Position numbers and translations under genes: made by a program
The notes under the pieces: model-generated
Seen by the model: the letters and a program-made list of their open reading frames with translations, nothing else
What the model was told of the DNA's origin: nothing
The model's database searches: none
In this document: one piece after another, positions 16,455 to 26,214 of the stretch
Numbering within the stretch: position 1 is the first letter of the stretch
Layout: every line of letters starts with the position of its first letter
From: a virus
IMG/VR virus record: IMGVR_UViG_3300025759_000076
Location: 1-64,000 of that record
Reading direction: 5' to 3' (one strand)
DNA length: 64,000 bases

Positions 16455-17479
16455 ATAACCTCACATGCTTCCTGATATATCTCTTTAATCAGGGACTGAA
16501 TCAATGGTTTATTTAACTCGGTTTCAGACTCATCAATATATCTACTTAAGATAGACATAGTGTCTTCTGATTCTTCTGTTTCAAACTCTTCACTCTCAAT
16601 GAGTTGAAAGTTCTCTACAATCTTAAGGTCTGCAACACCAGTTGCATAAAGTTTGTCAATAAATTTTTCAAACTTCTTGATGTCACTTTTTTTTCTTACG
16701 ATAACCTTGACAATCTTATTCTCATACTCTGTGGTATTGAATGTTTGATGGTCTGTGTCTTCGTAATAGATGTTATAGAAGAGTCTGTGAGGATTATTTA
16801 CAGGGGTGTGTTCTAGAGATTCTGTATCAAAAAGAGTGAAACCTCTGGAATCTTTGACATCACTCCAGAACATTTCATAGGGATTACCGAGATAATAAAC
16901 GGTCCCATTGTCGGATCGAGTGTGATAATGTCCCGAGAATACTTTTTCGAACTTATCAAAGGATCTACTGTCGTGACCGTGGTCCATGACGATTTGGTTA
17001 TTGACTTTGAACCCGTTGAGCTCAAGGTGTCCCATTGCGACTGAACACTTGGTCTTACTGATAATCTTATCGGTTTCTTTCTGGTTGTCTTCATTGATCC
17101 AAGGAATAAAGAGAGTTTTAAGACCACCCAATGACACCTCTGTAGGAGAAGAATAAACCTCAACATTATCATATTCTTTCAGTAGAAGGTCTACTGCATT
17201 AACTTCGTTTGTGTTCTTGTAATATGCGTCATGGTTACCAACCATAAGATGCATTTTGATACCACGTTCCTTAAGAGGGTCAAACACAACTCTCTTGGAC
17301 CACTTTAGTGCTTTGAATTCAATACTCTTACGACTATCAAATGCATCACCCATATGTACTACAGTATCGATACCTTCCTTTTCTAGTGTAGGGAAGAAGA
17401 CATCTTGATAGAACTTTTCAAAGTAATCGTGAAAGAGTTTAGAGTTTTTACGAGCGCCGTAGTGCGTGTCGCTGATTAT
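16451..17479 (-). CDS. gp47: Recombination nuclease (Mre11/SbcD-like); in-frame start region 17479-17491
   Basis: SDTHYG, HMGDAFD, VGNHD, GHLE, SGHYH. Confidence 0.95.
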   Translation of the reverse strand: MISDTHYGARKNSKLFHDYFEKFYQDVFFPTLEKEGIDTVVHMGDAFDSRKSIEFKALKWSKRVVFDPLKERGIKMHLMVGNHDAYYKNTNEVNAVDLLLKEYDNVEVYSSPTEVSLGGLKTLFIPWINEDNQKETDKIISKTKCSVAMGHLELNGFKVNNQIVMDHGHDSRSFDKFEKVFSGHYHTRSDNGTVYYLGNPYEMFWSDVKDSRGFTLFDTESLEHTPVNNPHRLFYNIYYEDTDHQTFNTTEYENKIVKVIVRKKSDIKKFEKFIDKLYATGVADLKIVENFQLIESEEFETEESEDTMSILSRYIDESETELNKPLIQSLIKEIYQEACEVI

Positions 17480-17786
17480 CGCTACTTGCATGATGAGGTT
17501 TGTGTTCTCTGTCTAAAGGTTGTGATTTGGTGAGGTCTCTACGTGATTGGTTTTTGATAACGATGAAACAATCTTTATTATACTTACGAGTACCGATAGG
17601 TGACTGCCACTTTCTGTTATACTCTTCACCAACATCAATACCTGAGATTTGAGTACCACCGAGTTCTACAGTAATCTCATCATCTACAGACCAACCAAGT
17701 TTTTCTACATAACCAGCAACGAGTTCGTTGATAGTTGGTTTATCCAGAATACGCTCTTCTGGGTCAAGACTTCCATTCATAATCAA
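17448..17786 (-). CDS. Hypothetical protein
   Basis: ORF coupled between gp55 and gp47. Confidence 0.7.
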   Translation of the reverse strand: MIMNGSLDPEERILDKPTINELVAGYVEKLGWSVDDEITVELGGTQISGIDVGEEYNRKWQSPIGTRKYNKDCFIVIKNQSRRDLTKSQPLDREHKPHHASSDNQRHALRRS

Positions 17787-18262
17787 CCACCTCTCAGTTT
17801 CTGATGCACTGCATCTTTAATACTGTTATAGTCGGAATAGTTACCACTGTCAAGTTCATTGGAATCAAAGACCTCATCGAAGTCACTCTTCTCAAGAATC
17901 TTGTTTTTAATTTCTAGTTGCTTTTTCTCTTGAGAGATACGTCTCAGAAATGCATAGTAGATAATCTGAGTGAAGTATGCAAAGGGGTTCTTTGACTTTT
18001 CTGGATTAAAGTTATGAATGTATCTTACGCAGTTCTCAATACCATCACAAATCATATCATCCTTGAACATGTAGTTCACGAAGTTAGGTTTGTATGATAG
18101 ATGGTTTGCAATCTTCAGGAAACATTCACCAATATACCTAGGAATAACTGGTTTGGGTTGGTCATTGAGTTTTGCTGTTGCAACCTGTGCAAAGTAATTC
18201 TCAAGAGCATTCAGAAATTCCTTATTGTTTACATAGTGTTCTGTACTTCTTGGTTTTGGCAT
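17783..18262 (-). CDS. gp55: Late sigma factor
   Basis: HYVNNKEF, IGECFLKIA, NFVNY, DGIENC, NPFAYFTQI. Confidence 0.97.
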   Translation of the reverse strand: MPKPRSTEHYVNNKEFLNALENYFAQVATAKLNDQPKPVIPRYIGECFLKIANHLSYKPNFVNYMFKDDMICDGIENCVRYIHNFNPEKSKNPFAYFTQIIYYAFLRRISQEKKQLEIKNKILEKSDFDEVFDSNELDSGNYSDYNSIKDAVHQKLRGG

Positions 18263-18302
18263 AATGGTTTCAAGTCTTTAACCCGAATAATGTGTTGTAC
18301 TT

Positions 18303-18363
18303 ATTATAACATGACTTTATCAGTTCGACAAGAGTTGACAAGAATACAAATGTCGTATAGACT
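18303..18363. promoter_or_regulatory. Back-to-back sigma70-type promoters
   Basis: Minus: TTGTCG-17-TATAAT with TG extension, facing gp55; plus: TTGACA(18335-40)-17-TAGACT(18358-63), antisense. Confidence 0.65.
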
Positions 18364-18398
18364 AGGCTTGTCCCGGTTGATAGATAAGCTATAGGTTC

Positions 18399-18782
18399 TT
18401 AGAGATTATAGAGTTTCTCTAGAACTTCTTTAGCATCATGGACACTAGAAATGTAACCCATCTTTCTATCTAACTTATGAAAGTTACCTTTAGTAGATTT
18501 TCTTATGTACTCTTGATAGTTCATAATCATCTCAAGATTCTCTGATTCAGACATCGTAAGAACATCATCTAGATTAATTACAAATAAGTCTTCATGGGAA
18601 GTCTTTAACCATGGTTCAAACTTATATCCAGTAATAGAACCTCTACTCTTCACAGGTTCTATCATAATAGGATTTGATACCAGTAACATAGTTCTATCAT
18701 CTTCATCAGATGCTGCTACCTTGGCAAATATCTCATCACCACATTTAAGTTTTATGGTGGCAAAGAAATCGTCTTCAAGCAT
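18399..18782 (-). CDS. Sm-like fold hypothetical protein
   Basis: ATIKLKCGDEIFAKV...NPI...FEPWLK...VLTMSE. Confidence 0.7.
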   Translation of the reverse strand: MLEDDFFATIKLKCGDEIFAKVAASDEDDRTMLLVSNPIMIEPVKSRGSITGYKFEPWLKTSHEDLFVINLDDVLTMSESENLEMIMNYQEYIRKSTKGNFHKLDRKMGYISSVHDAKEVLEKLYNL

Positions 18783-18795
18783 ATACTCTCCTTGT

Positions 18796-20262
18796 TTAGT
18801 CTTTTATATCAATAGTTAAAATATCGTAGTTGAACTGTTCAGATACGTAAATTTTAATCCTCTCAATAAAATGATTTAGTGTATAGTTTTTTCTTGAGTT
18901 AATCGTAAAATCGTCAGCAATATCATAAAGTTTAGCACTCACTTTATCTTTGCCTTTCCTCAATACCCTTCCTATACTTTGAAGGTTTCTGATTCTTGAT
19001 TTAGAAGGAGAGGCAAATATCACATTGTGAAGTCGTTTGATATTTACCCCCGTGCTAAATGTCCCATATGATGCAACAATGATAGCGTCTTGTTGTGATT
19101 CTGTAATGAGTCTGACTTGTTCCCTATCTTCGGCATCTACACCACCGTGAATAAAGAATACTCTTCTTCCTTCACTTACCTTATTATTTATCATCTCATA
19201 TAAAATTGCACCATGAGATTCAACTCGACTGAATAAGACGAGAGTATTACCTTTCATATCACAGGAAAGATTTGTAATAAATTTATTTCTCATCTCGTGA
19301 GAGATGAGATGCTGAATCTCATCTTCGTATGTATCAAACCTCTTTGGTCGATACTTCAAGACTAAACATTGAATATCAAGTGACGCAAGATGACCTTCAT
19401 CAATGAGTTTCTTTGTTCCAGTAACTTTATATGATGGTCCAAACAACCCCTCTAACACCCATTTATGGGTCTGTGAGCCATCTAAAGTTCCTGTAAACCC
19501 ATATCTATACTTTGCATGATGTAACTTATCCATGATACTGATAAGAGACTTAGATTTGAAGTTATGTGCCTCATCCCCTATAACAACCTCATATGGTTCA
19601 AAGAACTTTCTATCTAACTGATATACAGACTGCCAGGTAGTTATAGTTACAGAGTTTGTATTGACCCTCTCACGCCCTGCGTAGATACGGTGACAGTGAT
19701 TTGCAACATCCCAACCATAACTTTCAAAATCTTTTTGCATTTGTTCAACCAGAGATGTTGTAGGGACTACCAATAATACTTTCTTTTTGCGGGCAACAAA
19801 ATATCTTACAATGCAGTAAATCATAAATGACTTACCAGAGCCAGTAGGGCTAATCAGTAATTTTCTGTTATATCTCAGTGCATCAAATACACCATCTACT
19901 TGATAGTCTCTTGGCGTTATGGAGGGTGCAATGGACTGCATATAGTCCTTTACTCCACCCTTACTTACAAAGTCATTGACTTCAAAAGGTGGTCCATAAT
20001 ACTTATTATTTTCGAATTGATATGTATATCCTGCAGTCTCACAGAATGCTACAACTTTATCTAATAGACCAACATAAATTCGCTTGGTCTTCATATTATA
20101 TAAATGCACATACCCGTCCCAATGCCTACTACGGTATTGGGGCATAAATTTATTATTCTCGACCTCGAAGCTGAATTTATCCCGCAACTCATGCTCAACA
20201 TGCGGTTCAGTTGTTATTTTTAGATATACTTCATTTACCTTCTCAATAATCAAATGAGACAT
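18796..20262 (-). CDS. uvsW: RNA-DNA/DNA-DNA helicase UvsW
   Basis: PRDYQ, SPTGSGKS, DEAH, GFTGT, QSIGRVLR. Confidence 0.96.
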   Translation of the reverse strand: MSHLIIEKVNEVYLKITTEPHVEHELRDKFSFEVENNKFMPQYRSRHWDGYVHLYNMKTKRIYVGLLDKVVAFCETAGYTYQFENNKYYGPPFEVNDFVSKGGVKDYMQSIAPSITPRDYQVDGVFDALRYNRKLLISPTGSGKSFMIYCIVRYFVARKKKVLLVVPTTSLVEQMQKDFESYGWDVANHCHRIYAGRERVNTNSVTITTWQSVYQLDRKFFEPYEVVIGDEAHNFKSKSLISIMDKLHHAKYRYGFTGTLDGSQTHKWVLEGLFGPSYKVTGTKKLIDEGHLASLDIQCLVLKYRPKRFDTYEDEIQHLISHEMRNKFITNLSCDMKGNTLVLFSRVESHGAILYEMINNKVSEGRRVFFIHGGVDAEDREQVRLITESQQDAIIVASYGTFSTGVNIKRLHNVIFASPSKSRIRNLQSIGRVLRKGKDKVSAKLYDIADDFTINSRKNYTLNHFIERIKIYVSEQFNYDILTIDIKD

Positions 20263-20290
20263 AATGTAACTTTTCAGTTACTATTATTTA

Positions 20291-20473
20291 TTACATATTG
20301 TCAAACCTATGTTCTAACATAATCTTATAGAAATTATCTCTCATCATAATTAAATCTAATTGTTCTGTCGGATCACCTCCAGGCCATCTCTCAACTGCTT
20401 GTGATAGACCGGTATGGATCAGACGAATACCTTCTATGGGTAATTCTATATGATAGTAACCTTCATCATCCAT
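20291..20473 (-). CDS. Hypothetical protein
   Basis: 60-aa ORF with TAATG coupling to uvsY. Confidence 0.65.
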   Translation of the reverse strand: MDDEGYYHIELPIEGIRLIHTGLSQAVERWPGGDPTEQLDLIMMRDNFYKIMLEHRFDNM

Positions 20474-20907
20474 TACCCTGCTCCAGAACTAAATCGCATA
20501 AAATCTATACTATTTTTAATTTGATATGTTCTATTACTTATCTGTTTTAAAATTTCTTCTATATATTTGAGCATAACTTCGTAGTAGTCAATCTTCAACG
20601 AAACTCCTGAGAGTTTCTCATCTGCGTCAAGATATTTTTGAAGAGTGTCTTTATCTCGGATCTTTTTGGGAAAAGGAGTTTCGATATAAACATCGGGATC
20701 TGCCTTACCTGAATAAAATTCATATCTTTCGTGACGAATATTCTTCTTCTGTTGTTCTGCTTTTTTCCTTAGTAACATAAGGTTATTATATATGTCATAA
20801 TATTTTGCGTGTAAAACGGGAATGTTTATGGATTCTGTATGTAAGTTATCAATATCAATTTTAGAATCCTTTTCCCACATCTCTTGGATTCCAGTCAAGT
20901 CAATCAT
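20473..20907 (-). CDS. uvsY: Recombination mediator UvsY
   Basis: W.KDSKID...IP.LHAKY, EFYSGKA, R.YQIKN.I; synteny. Confidence 0.92.
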   Translation of the reverse strand: MIDLTGIQEMWEKDSKIDIDNLHTESINIPVLHAKYYDIYNNLMLLRKKAEQQKKNIRHERYEFYSGKADPDVYIETPFPKKIRDKDTLQKYLDADEKLSGVSLKIDYYEVMLKYIEEILKQISNRTYQIKNSIDFMRFSSGAG

Positions 20908-21456
20908 TTAACAACAATCAAATGGTTCTATAGTATAGTTAAGATACTTGAAAGTGACATCAGCTGTCAAGTATTCCACATCAGTCAATGTTGAGTCAAA
21001 TCTGATGTCAGAAAGACTAGTCGGAAACATGTCTAAGAATTTGACTACAAACAGTGGTGTATTTATTGCACTGAGTATCGTCAGAGTTCCATCAGAAGTT
21101 AAGTTAATCTCACTTCGTTCTTCTTTAGGTACATCCCAAGAGTTTTGAAACTTATAAATCTCATCTAGACTATCTGGAAACCCAAGACCCCTCATCCAGT
21201 TTTGGATTTGCATATAGTTCTCAAGATTTTGATCGATCAAAAATCTTATTCTTAAATCATTAAAATCTAAGATATCACCAACTCTAGGTATCATCTTGAG
21301 ATAACTAGGTTGATCTGGAGAACCGAGTGTAAATCCAGGAACATTAATTGCGTTACCGAAAAAACCAACCTTATCAGCTCTTGCTACTGAAAATCTAAAT
21401 CCAGTAGCCTGTAGAAAGTTTCTATCGGTAACTTGTCCTGCGAATGAGTTTGTCAT
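20908..21456 (-). CDS. gp3: Tail tube terminator / tail completion protein
   Basis: NFL...GFRF, FLIDQNLENY..IQNWMRGLG, FPTSLS, YLTADVTFKY. Confidence 0.9.
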   Translation of the reverse strand: MTNSFAGQVTDRNFLQATGFRFSVARADKVGFFGNAINVPGFTLGSPDQPSYLKMIPRVGDILDFNDLRIRFLIDQNLENYMQIQNWMRGLGFPDSLDEIYKFQNSWDVPKEERSEINLTSDGTLTILSAINTPLFVVKFLDMFPTSLSDIRFDSTLTDVEYLTADVTFKYLNYTIEPFDCC

Positions 21457-21499
21457 TTATTATTTGATTTTAACAACATAACATCTTATATACTATTTA

Positions 21500-22066
21500 T
21501 CAACAACCCTTTATTGTTGATGCTATTTCACTACCGACAGATGAACCTACATCTTGACCCAACATAAGTAACCAACCAGATGCTAAGAATCCAATATAAG
21601 GAATATTTGTAACTAATGGTACTATACTAGTGGCGACACTAGCTCCCACCAGAGCACCGCTTGACTCTCCTCCACCTTCCGCCTTGATACACTCTTCCGA
21701 TCTTACAGGCTTTCCCTCGCCATCTACTCCTGTATGAGTCTCAGATTGAGTACCAGGAACATATTGTCTACTTCTTGTAGTCGTTGATCTACCACCAATA
21801 CCAAATACTCCGTTAGATTTATCGACATATGTGTCAGAACCTAGAACTGTAGGATCATGTCTCTTATAATCTACACTATAACTTCCATCTGGATTTACTT
21901 TTACAGTATAAGATGAATAATCACCTACAGGAGGATAGTCAATCCTTGGAGTTTCTGTCTTAACTACTTTAGGTCCTTCTTTATTGAGTAGATGGCCAAC
22001 AATACCCAGATGCCCTACTACAATAATAACACCAACTCCTCCTGCAAACCATTTTAGAATTTTCAT
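21500..22066 (-). CDS. Putative membrane protein with C-terminal glycine-zipper-like helices
   Basis: N-terminal TM segment; GALVGASVA...IPYIGFLASGW..GQDVGSSVGSE; late promoter CTAAATA at about 22089-22095. Confidence 0.75.
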   Translation of the reverse strand: MKILKWFAGGVGVIIVVGHLGIVGHLLNKEGPKVVKTETPRIDYPPVGDYSSYTVKVNPDGSYSVDYKRHDPTVLGSDTYVDKSNGVFGIGGRSTTTRSRQYVPGTQSETHTGVDGEGKPVRSEECIKAEGGGESSGALVGASVATSIVPLVTNIPYIGFLASGWLLMLGQDVGSSVGSEIASTIKGC

Positions 22067-22106
22067 GGTGTAATTTTAGTGATAATCCTATTTAGAAAAA
22101 ACCCAT

Positions 22107-22133
22107 AAAAAAAGACCCCTGTAAAGGGGTCTT
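22107..22133 (-). terminator. Terminator after gp23
   Basis: AAGACCCCT-TTAC-AGGGGTCTT followed by T run. Confidence 0.9.
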
Positions 22134-22155
22134 GATAAACTGATGAAGCCGAAGC

Positions 22156-23580
22156 TTACATTAAGTTTCTGACTGCAACGCGTCTGTAGTAACGGTTGGA
22201 GTTGAGGCGGAGACGGCCAAGACCGACTGTAGTGCCTTCTGCAAATGGGTTTGCAACCATACCATAACGCGTCTTAAAGCCGATTTTGGGCTGGAAGGTG
22301 TTCTCTCCAACTGCACGAACCATCTGAAGAGGAACGTATGGGCAGTAGAATAGACCTGCGTCATAAGGTGAAGAACCCTTATAACCAACGACATAGTACT
22401 GGTTACCACCAGATGCATTAGCAGAGGTGAGGTTAGCAGAATAGGGGTCGATGTAGACACGGAACTTGCCGTTAATTGTACCAGCAAAGGTGTTACCGGT
22501 GTCATCAACGTTCAAGTTAGCGTTGAGTGCTGGGGTGTAATCAAGGATACCAGCCATGGTCAGTGCGGAAGCAACGTCTGCGGAACACAGAACCATGTTG
22601 CCCTTTCCTCTACGAGTTCTTTGAGCAATCGCGTTAGCGTCTCTCTCGATTTGGAACAGAAGACCTTTGAACTTCTCAACAGACCAACGACCGTTAGAGT
22701 CAACGTCAAGGTCGAAAATACCAGCAGTAGCTGTATTGGTGACAGCACCTTGCTCAGCAATTTTGTAGATGGTACGGATAACTTCTCTGTTGATTTCCGC
22801 AAGGATTTCAGTAGAGAGGATGTTAGCCAGTTCGGCTTCTGCATTCAGACCATGAATAGCCTTAAGGTCTTGTGCCAGTTCCAAGGAGTACTCAGCCTTG
22901 AGTGCTCTAGACTTGGCAGTTACAGTGACTTTCTCAATCGAGAAGGCCATCTGGTTGAACTGATCACCGGTACCAGTGCCGAGATTCTCAGCATCACCAG
23001 TCTGCATTCCCTGACCAACATTATATGGTGAGGGGTTCGTGGTTGCAGTACCAACGGGGTTCAGTACAGAAGGGTTAGCACCATTTTGTGCAGTGGTACC
23101 AAAACCGACAGGACCATCGGAGAAACCACCTTCTAGGTTGAAACCGTCATCCTGACCAGAGAATGCTGTATTTGCCTCGTCGAACAGAGCTTCTGTACCA
23201 CTCTGATTCTCGTAACGAGAACGCATTGCGAAGATAAGTCCGGTAGGACCGTTCATTGGTTGAACACCAGCCAAGTCATATGCGACCAGGTTAGGCATTG
23301 AACGTCTGATCAAGGAGATCAGTACGGGGTCGAAACCAGCAACAGGACCAGCTGCGGCTGCACTACCACTGAAACCAGCAGGGTTACTACCTGCAGAGTT
23401 AGTGGGGGATTCCATCAGGTTGATACCCTGACTGAATGCTGCTTCCTCACGGAGGAATTTTTCTTGGTTCTCGAGCAGGACTGCGGTTACGCTTCTACGG
23501 TGTGAATCCTTGATTGGATCAAGGCCTTCATAGTCGAGAAGTGGACTCCACTTTTCCTGCAGATGTTCAGATTGAAACAT
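22156..23580 (-). CDS. gp23: Major capsid protein
   Basis: DPVLISLIRRSMPNL, GVQPMNGPTGLIFAMR, FQPKIGFKTRYG. Confidence 0.99.
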   Translation of the reverse strand: MFQSEHLQEKWSPLLDYEGLDPIKDSHRRSVTAVLLENQEKFLREEAAFSQGINLMESPTNSAGSNPAGFSGSAAAAGPVAGFDPVLISLIRRSMPNLVAYDLAGVQPMNGPTGLIFAMRSRYENQSGTEALFDEANTAFSGQDDGFNLEGGFSDGPVGFGTTAQNGANPSVLNPVGTATTNPSPYNVGQGMQTGDAENLGTGTGDQFNQMAFSIEKVTVTAKSRALKAEYSLELAQDLKAIHGLNAEAELANILSTEILAEINREVIRTIYKIAEQGAVTNTATAGIFDLDVDSNGRWSVEKFKGLLFQIERDANAIAQRTRRGKGNMVLCSADVASALTMAGILDYTPALNANLNVDDTGNTFAGTINGKFRVYIDPYSANLTSANASGGNQYYVVGYKGSSPYDAGLFYCPYVPLQMVRAVGENTFQPKIGFKTRYGMVANPFAEGTTVGLGRLRLNSNRYYRRVAVRNLM

Positions 23581-23624
23581 TTGCTTTTACCTAATAGTTA
23601 GTTTTGTTTGAATGAATGTTAAAT

Positions 23625-24677
23625 TCAGCTTTTGAATGCACCCAATGTTCTGAGATATGCTTCCATGCTGGAACCAACAGGAGCAGGAGTTGAATCAACT
23701 CCTTCAGAAAGGGTTTGGGGAGCTTCAGATTTTGTAGTTGGAGTTCTAGAGAAGTATGACTCCTTCAGAGTTTCCAGCTTTTCACGATATTCTTCTTCAC
23801 TTTCAAACTCAATACTTTCAGCTAGTGAAGCGAGCTTCTCTTTCTGTGTAGCGGCAAGGCCTTCAGAAACGTTATCAAGAATATTATCAGAAACTGATTC
23901 GGCAAGACGCTTGTTCAGGCCGATATTCTTATCGATTTGCTCGTTGAGTTTTGTCTCCATATCATCAAGTTTGTCTACCATGCTCTCAAGAACATCATAT
24001 TTCTCTTCAGGGATAGTTACATAATGTTCTTCAAATAGACCCTTCATTCCAGAGAGGAAGGATTCTGTCATTTCGGTCTTGAGACCATGTTCGATTGCCA
24101 ACTCATTCTCTTTCATCCACTCTTCGCAGACGTACTCAAGATAAGAGTCAACTCTTTCAGTAAGAGATTCTTTAAGGGTTTCTCTTTCTTCGTCCAGTTT
24201 GACTTCAAACTGAACTTCCAGGGTTTCCTGGATTTCTTTGATTTTTGAGGTTAATGCGGCTTCAAAGATGACCTTAGCCTTTTCTTTGAATTCTTCGGAG
24301 AGCTCTTCGCCACCGAGAAGTGCGTTTACATCTTCTTCAATGTCAATGCCTTCGTCTTCAGAAACAATCTCTTCTTCTTCAAGAACTTCTTCTTCTACAG
24401 ATTCGATTTCTTCTTTAGCCATTTTCTTCATTGCATCAGCTTTAGCAGCTTTTGAATTGACTACATCACTAACTGTTTTGATCGTAGGCTCTTTGAGCTT
24501 TGCAGGACCGTCAGGGTCATTGGTATAGTTCTCAGGGGTAGGACCACCAAGATCTTCGTATGAACCAGACAACCCTTCGCCAGGATTTGAAAGCTTCGGC
24601 ATACCCTCAGCAGGTTTTGCGTTCGCATTCACAGCAGTCTTAGATTGCTCCATTTCTTGTAAATCTCCACGAGACAT
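23625..24677 (-). CDS. gp22: Prohead core scaffold protein
   Basis: Acidic coiled coil, LSEEFKEKAKVIFEAA, VDSYLEYV.EEW. Confidence 0.95.
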   Translation of the reverse strand: MSRGDLQEMEQSKTAVNANAKPAEGMPKLSNPGEGLSGSYEDLGGPTPENYTNDPDGPAKLKEPTIKTVSDVVNSKAAKADAMKKMAKEEIESVEEEVLEEEEIVSEDEGIDIEEDVNALLGGEELSEEFKEKAKVIFEAALTSKIKEIQETLEVQFEVKLDEERETLKESLTERVDSYLEYVCEEWMKENELAIEHGLKTEMTESFLSGMKGLFEEHYVTIPEEKYDVLESMVDKLDDMETKLNEQIDKNIGLNKRLAESVSDNILDNVSEGLAATQKEKLASLAESIEFESEEEYREKLETLKESYFSRTPTTKSEAPQTLSEGVDSTPAPVGSSMEAYLRTLGAFKS

Positions 24678-24737
24678 TTGAACTTACTCCGATTAACCTA
24701 TGTATAATCTATATTTATTTATAATTTGTTATTCTTA

Positions 24738-25388
24738 TCACAGATTGTTTAAAAAATCGTTAAACAGATTAAGTTTCTGTTCGTCCAATTGTTTTTGTGT
24801 GACAAGAGTATTAATATGCTTGTAAGTTTTGGCGGCTTGTTGTTCTCTAAGGATGCCACCATCCCAGATCCATTCCTTACCTTCCATGATACCTTCAACG
24901 AAAGCATCAGGTGCAGAAGGGTCTGCTACAATATCAGCAGCAGTGGCCAACATAAAGTCGGAACCAACAACGTTGATACCATCTCTAGTTTTAGTCAGTG
25001 ATCCGATGCCTCTAGAAGAAACCCCCAGTTTGACACCTTCACCAATAAGTGATTGTGCAATCTGACCCATTGGGGTTGAGAGGATCTTGGCCTTACCAAT
25101 GAAGTTTGTTCCACTTTCTTTGAGTGAAACAATTTTGTGACTGACACGATCCAAGTTAACTGTTGGACCATCTGGGTGTCCAAGTTCCCCAAGGGCCCTT
25201 CCACACTCAATATGGTTTTCTGTGTATCGTTGGACTTCCTTTCTCAAGCCCTCCATCTGATACATTCTTCCATTACGATTACAGATGTCACCTTGAAGGA
25301 AGATACCTTCAATGAACATACTCTTTTTACCGTTCTTTTCTTCGACGATAAAATCAACTGTTTCGATTTCTTCTCTGATAAGTTGCAT
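24738..25388 (-). CDS. gp21: Prohead protease
   Basis: NRNGRMY, ALGELGHP, LGVSSRGIGS, DIVADPSAP. Confidence 0.98.
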   Translation of the reverse strand: MQLIREEIETVDFIVEEKNGKKSMFIEGIFLQGDICNRNGRMYQMEGLRKEVQRYTENHIECGRALGELGHPDGPTVNLDRVSHKIVSLKESGTNFIGKAKILSTPMGQIAQSLIGEGVKLGVSSRGIGSLTKTRDGINVVGSDFMLATAADIVADPSAPDAFVEGIMEGKEWIWDGGILREQQAAKTYKHINTLVTQKQLDEQKLNLFNDFLNNL

Positions 25389-25394
25389 GGATCT

Positions 25395-25943
25395 TCAGGA
25401 TGTTTGTACTTGTTGGATTTGAGCTGTGCCAGTTCCAGATGTAGTAACCGCAGCTACCTTAATTGACCTTCTCAATGTTGCGTAGTTAGAAGTAAAGTCT
25501 CCAATAACAGATGATGAGTTATAATCAATAACACATCTTGTACCAAAAAATCCACCAACACCGGCAGTATTATTCACTGATAGAACGTTTTGATGTGTAA
25601 AATCAAATGCAGCTTGACCAGTAACAGTCAACGATACAGCTTCTCCTACACCAAAAGGACATCCAGTCCCTTCAGGGAAATCTAGAGTTGTAGTAGTTCC
25701 TTTGGTATATGCAACAACTCTTTGAGAAGCTACAGGTCCAAGTGAAATCTCTGAAGTATCCGTTGTAGATACAAAGAAGTCTGAAGTAGTTGCAGTTGGA
25801 TTATTACCATATGCAACGTGAATTCCTGTTCCTATTGCTACGACTCTGAGAGTATCAGATTGCTGTGCAATTGCTGCTGTTTGAGCTGAAGAATTACTAG
25901 TTGCTAAAGTAGTATTGATTCCTACTGGTCGTAATGCGCCCAT
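25395..25943 (-). CDS. Hypothetical virion protein
   Basis: T/S/G-rich 182-aa ORF in the head cluster with upstream CTAAATA. Confidence 0.75.
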   Translation of the reverse strand: MGALRPVGINTTLATSNSSAQTAAIAQQSDTLRVVAIGTGIHVAYGNNPTATTSDFFVSTTDTSEISLGPVASQRVVAYTKGTTTTLDFPEGTGCPFGVGEAVSLTVTGQAAFDFTHQNVLSVNNTAGVGGFFGTRCVIDYNSSSVIGDFTSNYATLRRSIKVAAVTTSGTGTAQIQQVQTS

Positions 25944-25982
25944 TATTTTAAATTACAATAGTTACTTATAAAGTATTTAGTA

Positions 25983-26186
25983 TTACTCTTCTTCAGAAGG
26001 GTATACTTCTGTCTCAGATTCAATTTCTTCATCAGAAACTGACTCATCAAAAATTGATGCAGCAACGTTTGGTCTAACAATTTCAATCTGTTCCGCACTC
26101 TTTGCAAACAAAATGTCTTTGATTTTATCACTGATTTGTGATGCAGACTCGTCATCTTTGACGAGCATGTCCATAAGGTCATCCAT
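25983..26186 (-). CDS. Small acidic prohead core protein (gp67-like position)
   Basis: Acidic 67 aa directly after the portal gene. Confidence 0.7.
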   Translation of the reverse strand: MDDLMDMLVKDDESASQISDKIKDILFAKSAEQIEIVRPNVAASIFDESVSDEEIESETEVYPSEEE

Positions 26187-26214
26187 GTGAATTAATAATT
26201 ACGTTAAAAGTTAT

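Noticed and set aside
20266-20281. GTAAC..GTTAC palindrome upstream of uvsW as an NtcA box
   Set aside because: Spacing is GTA-N10-TAC, not the N8 consensus
25943-26182. 79-aa alternate ORF after the portal gene
   Set aside because: It overlaps the better-supported acidic 67-aa ORF in another frame
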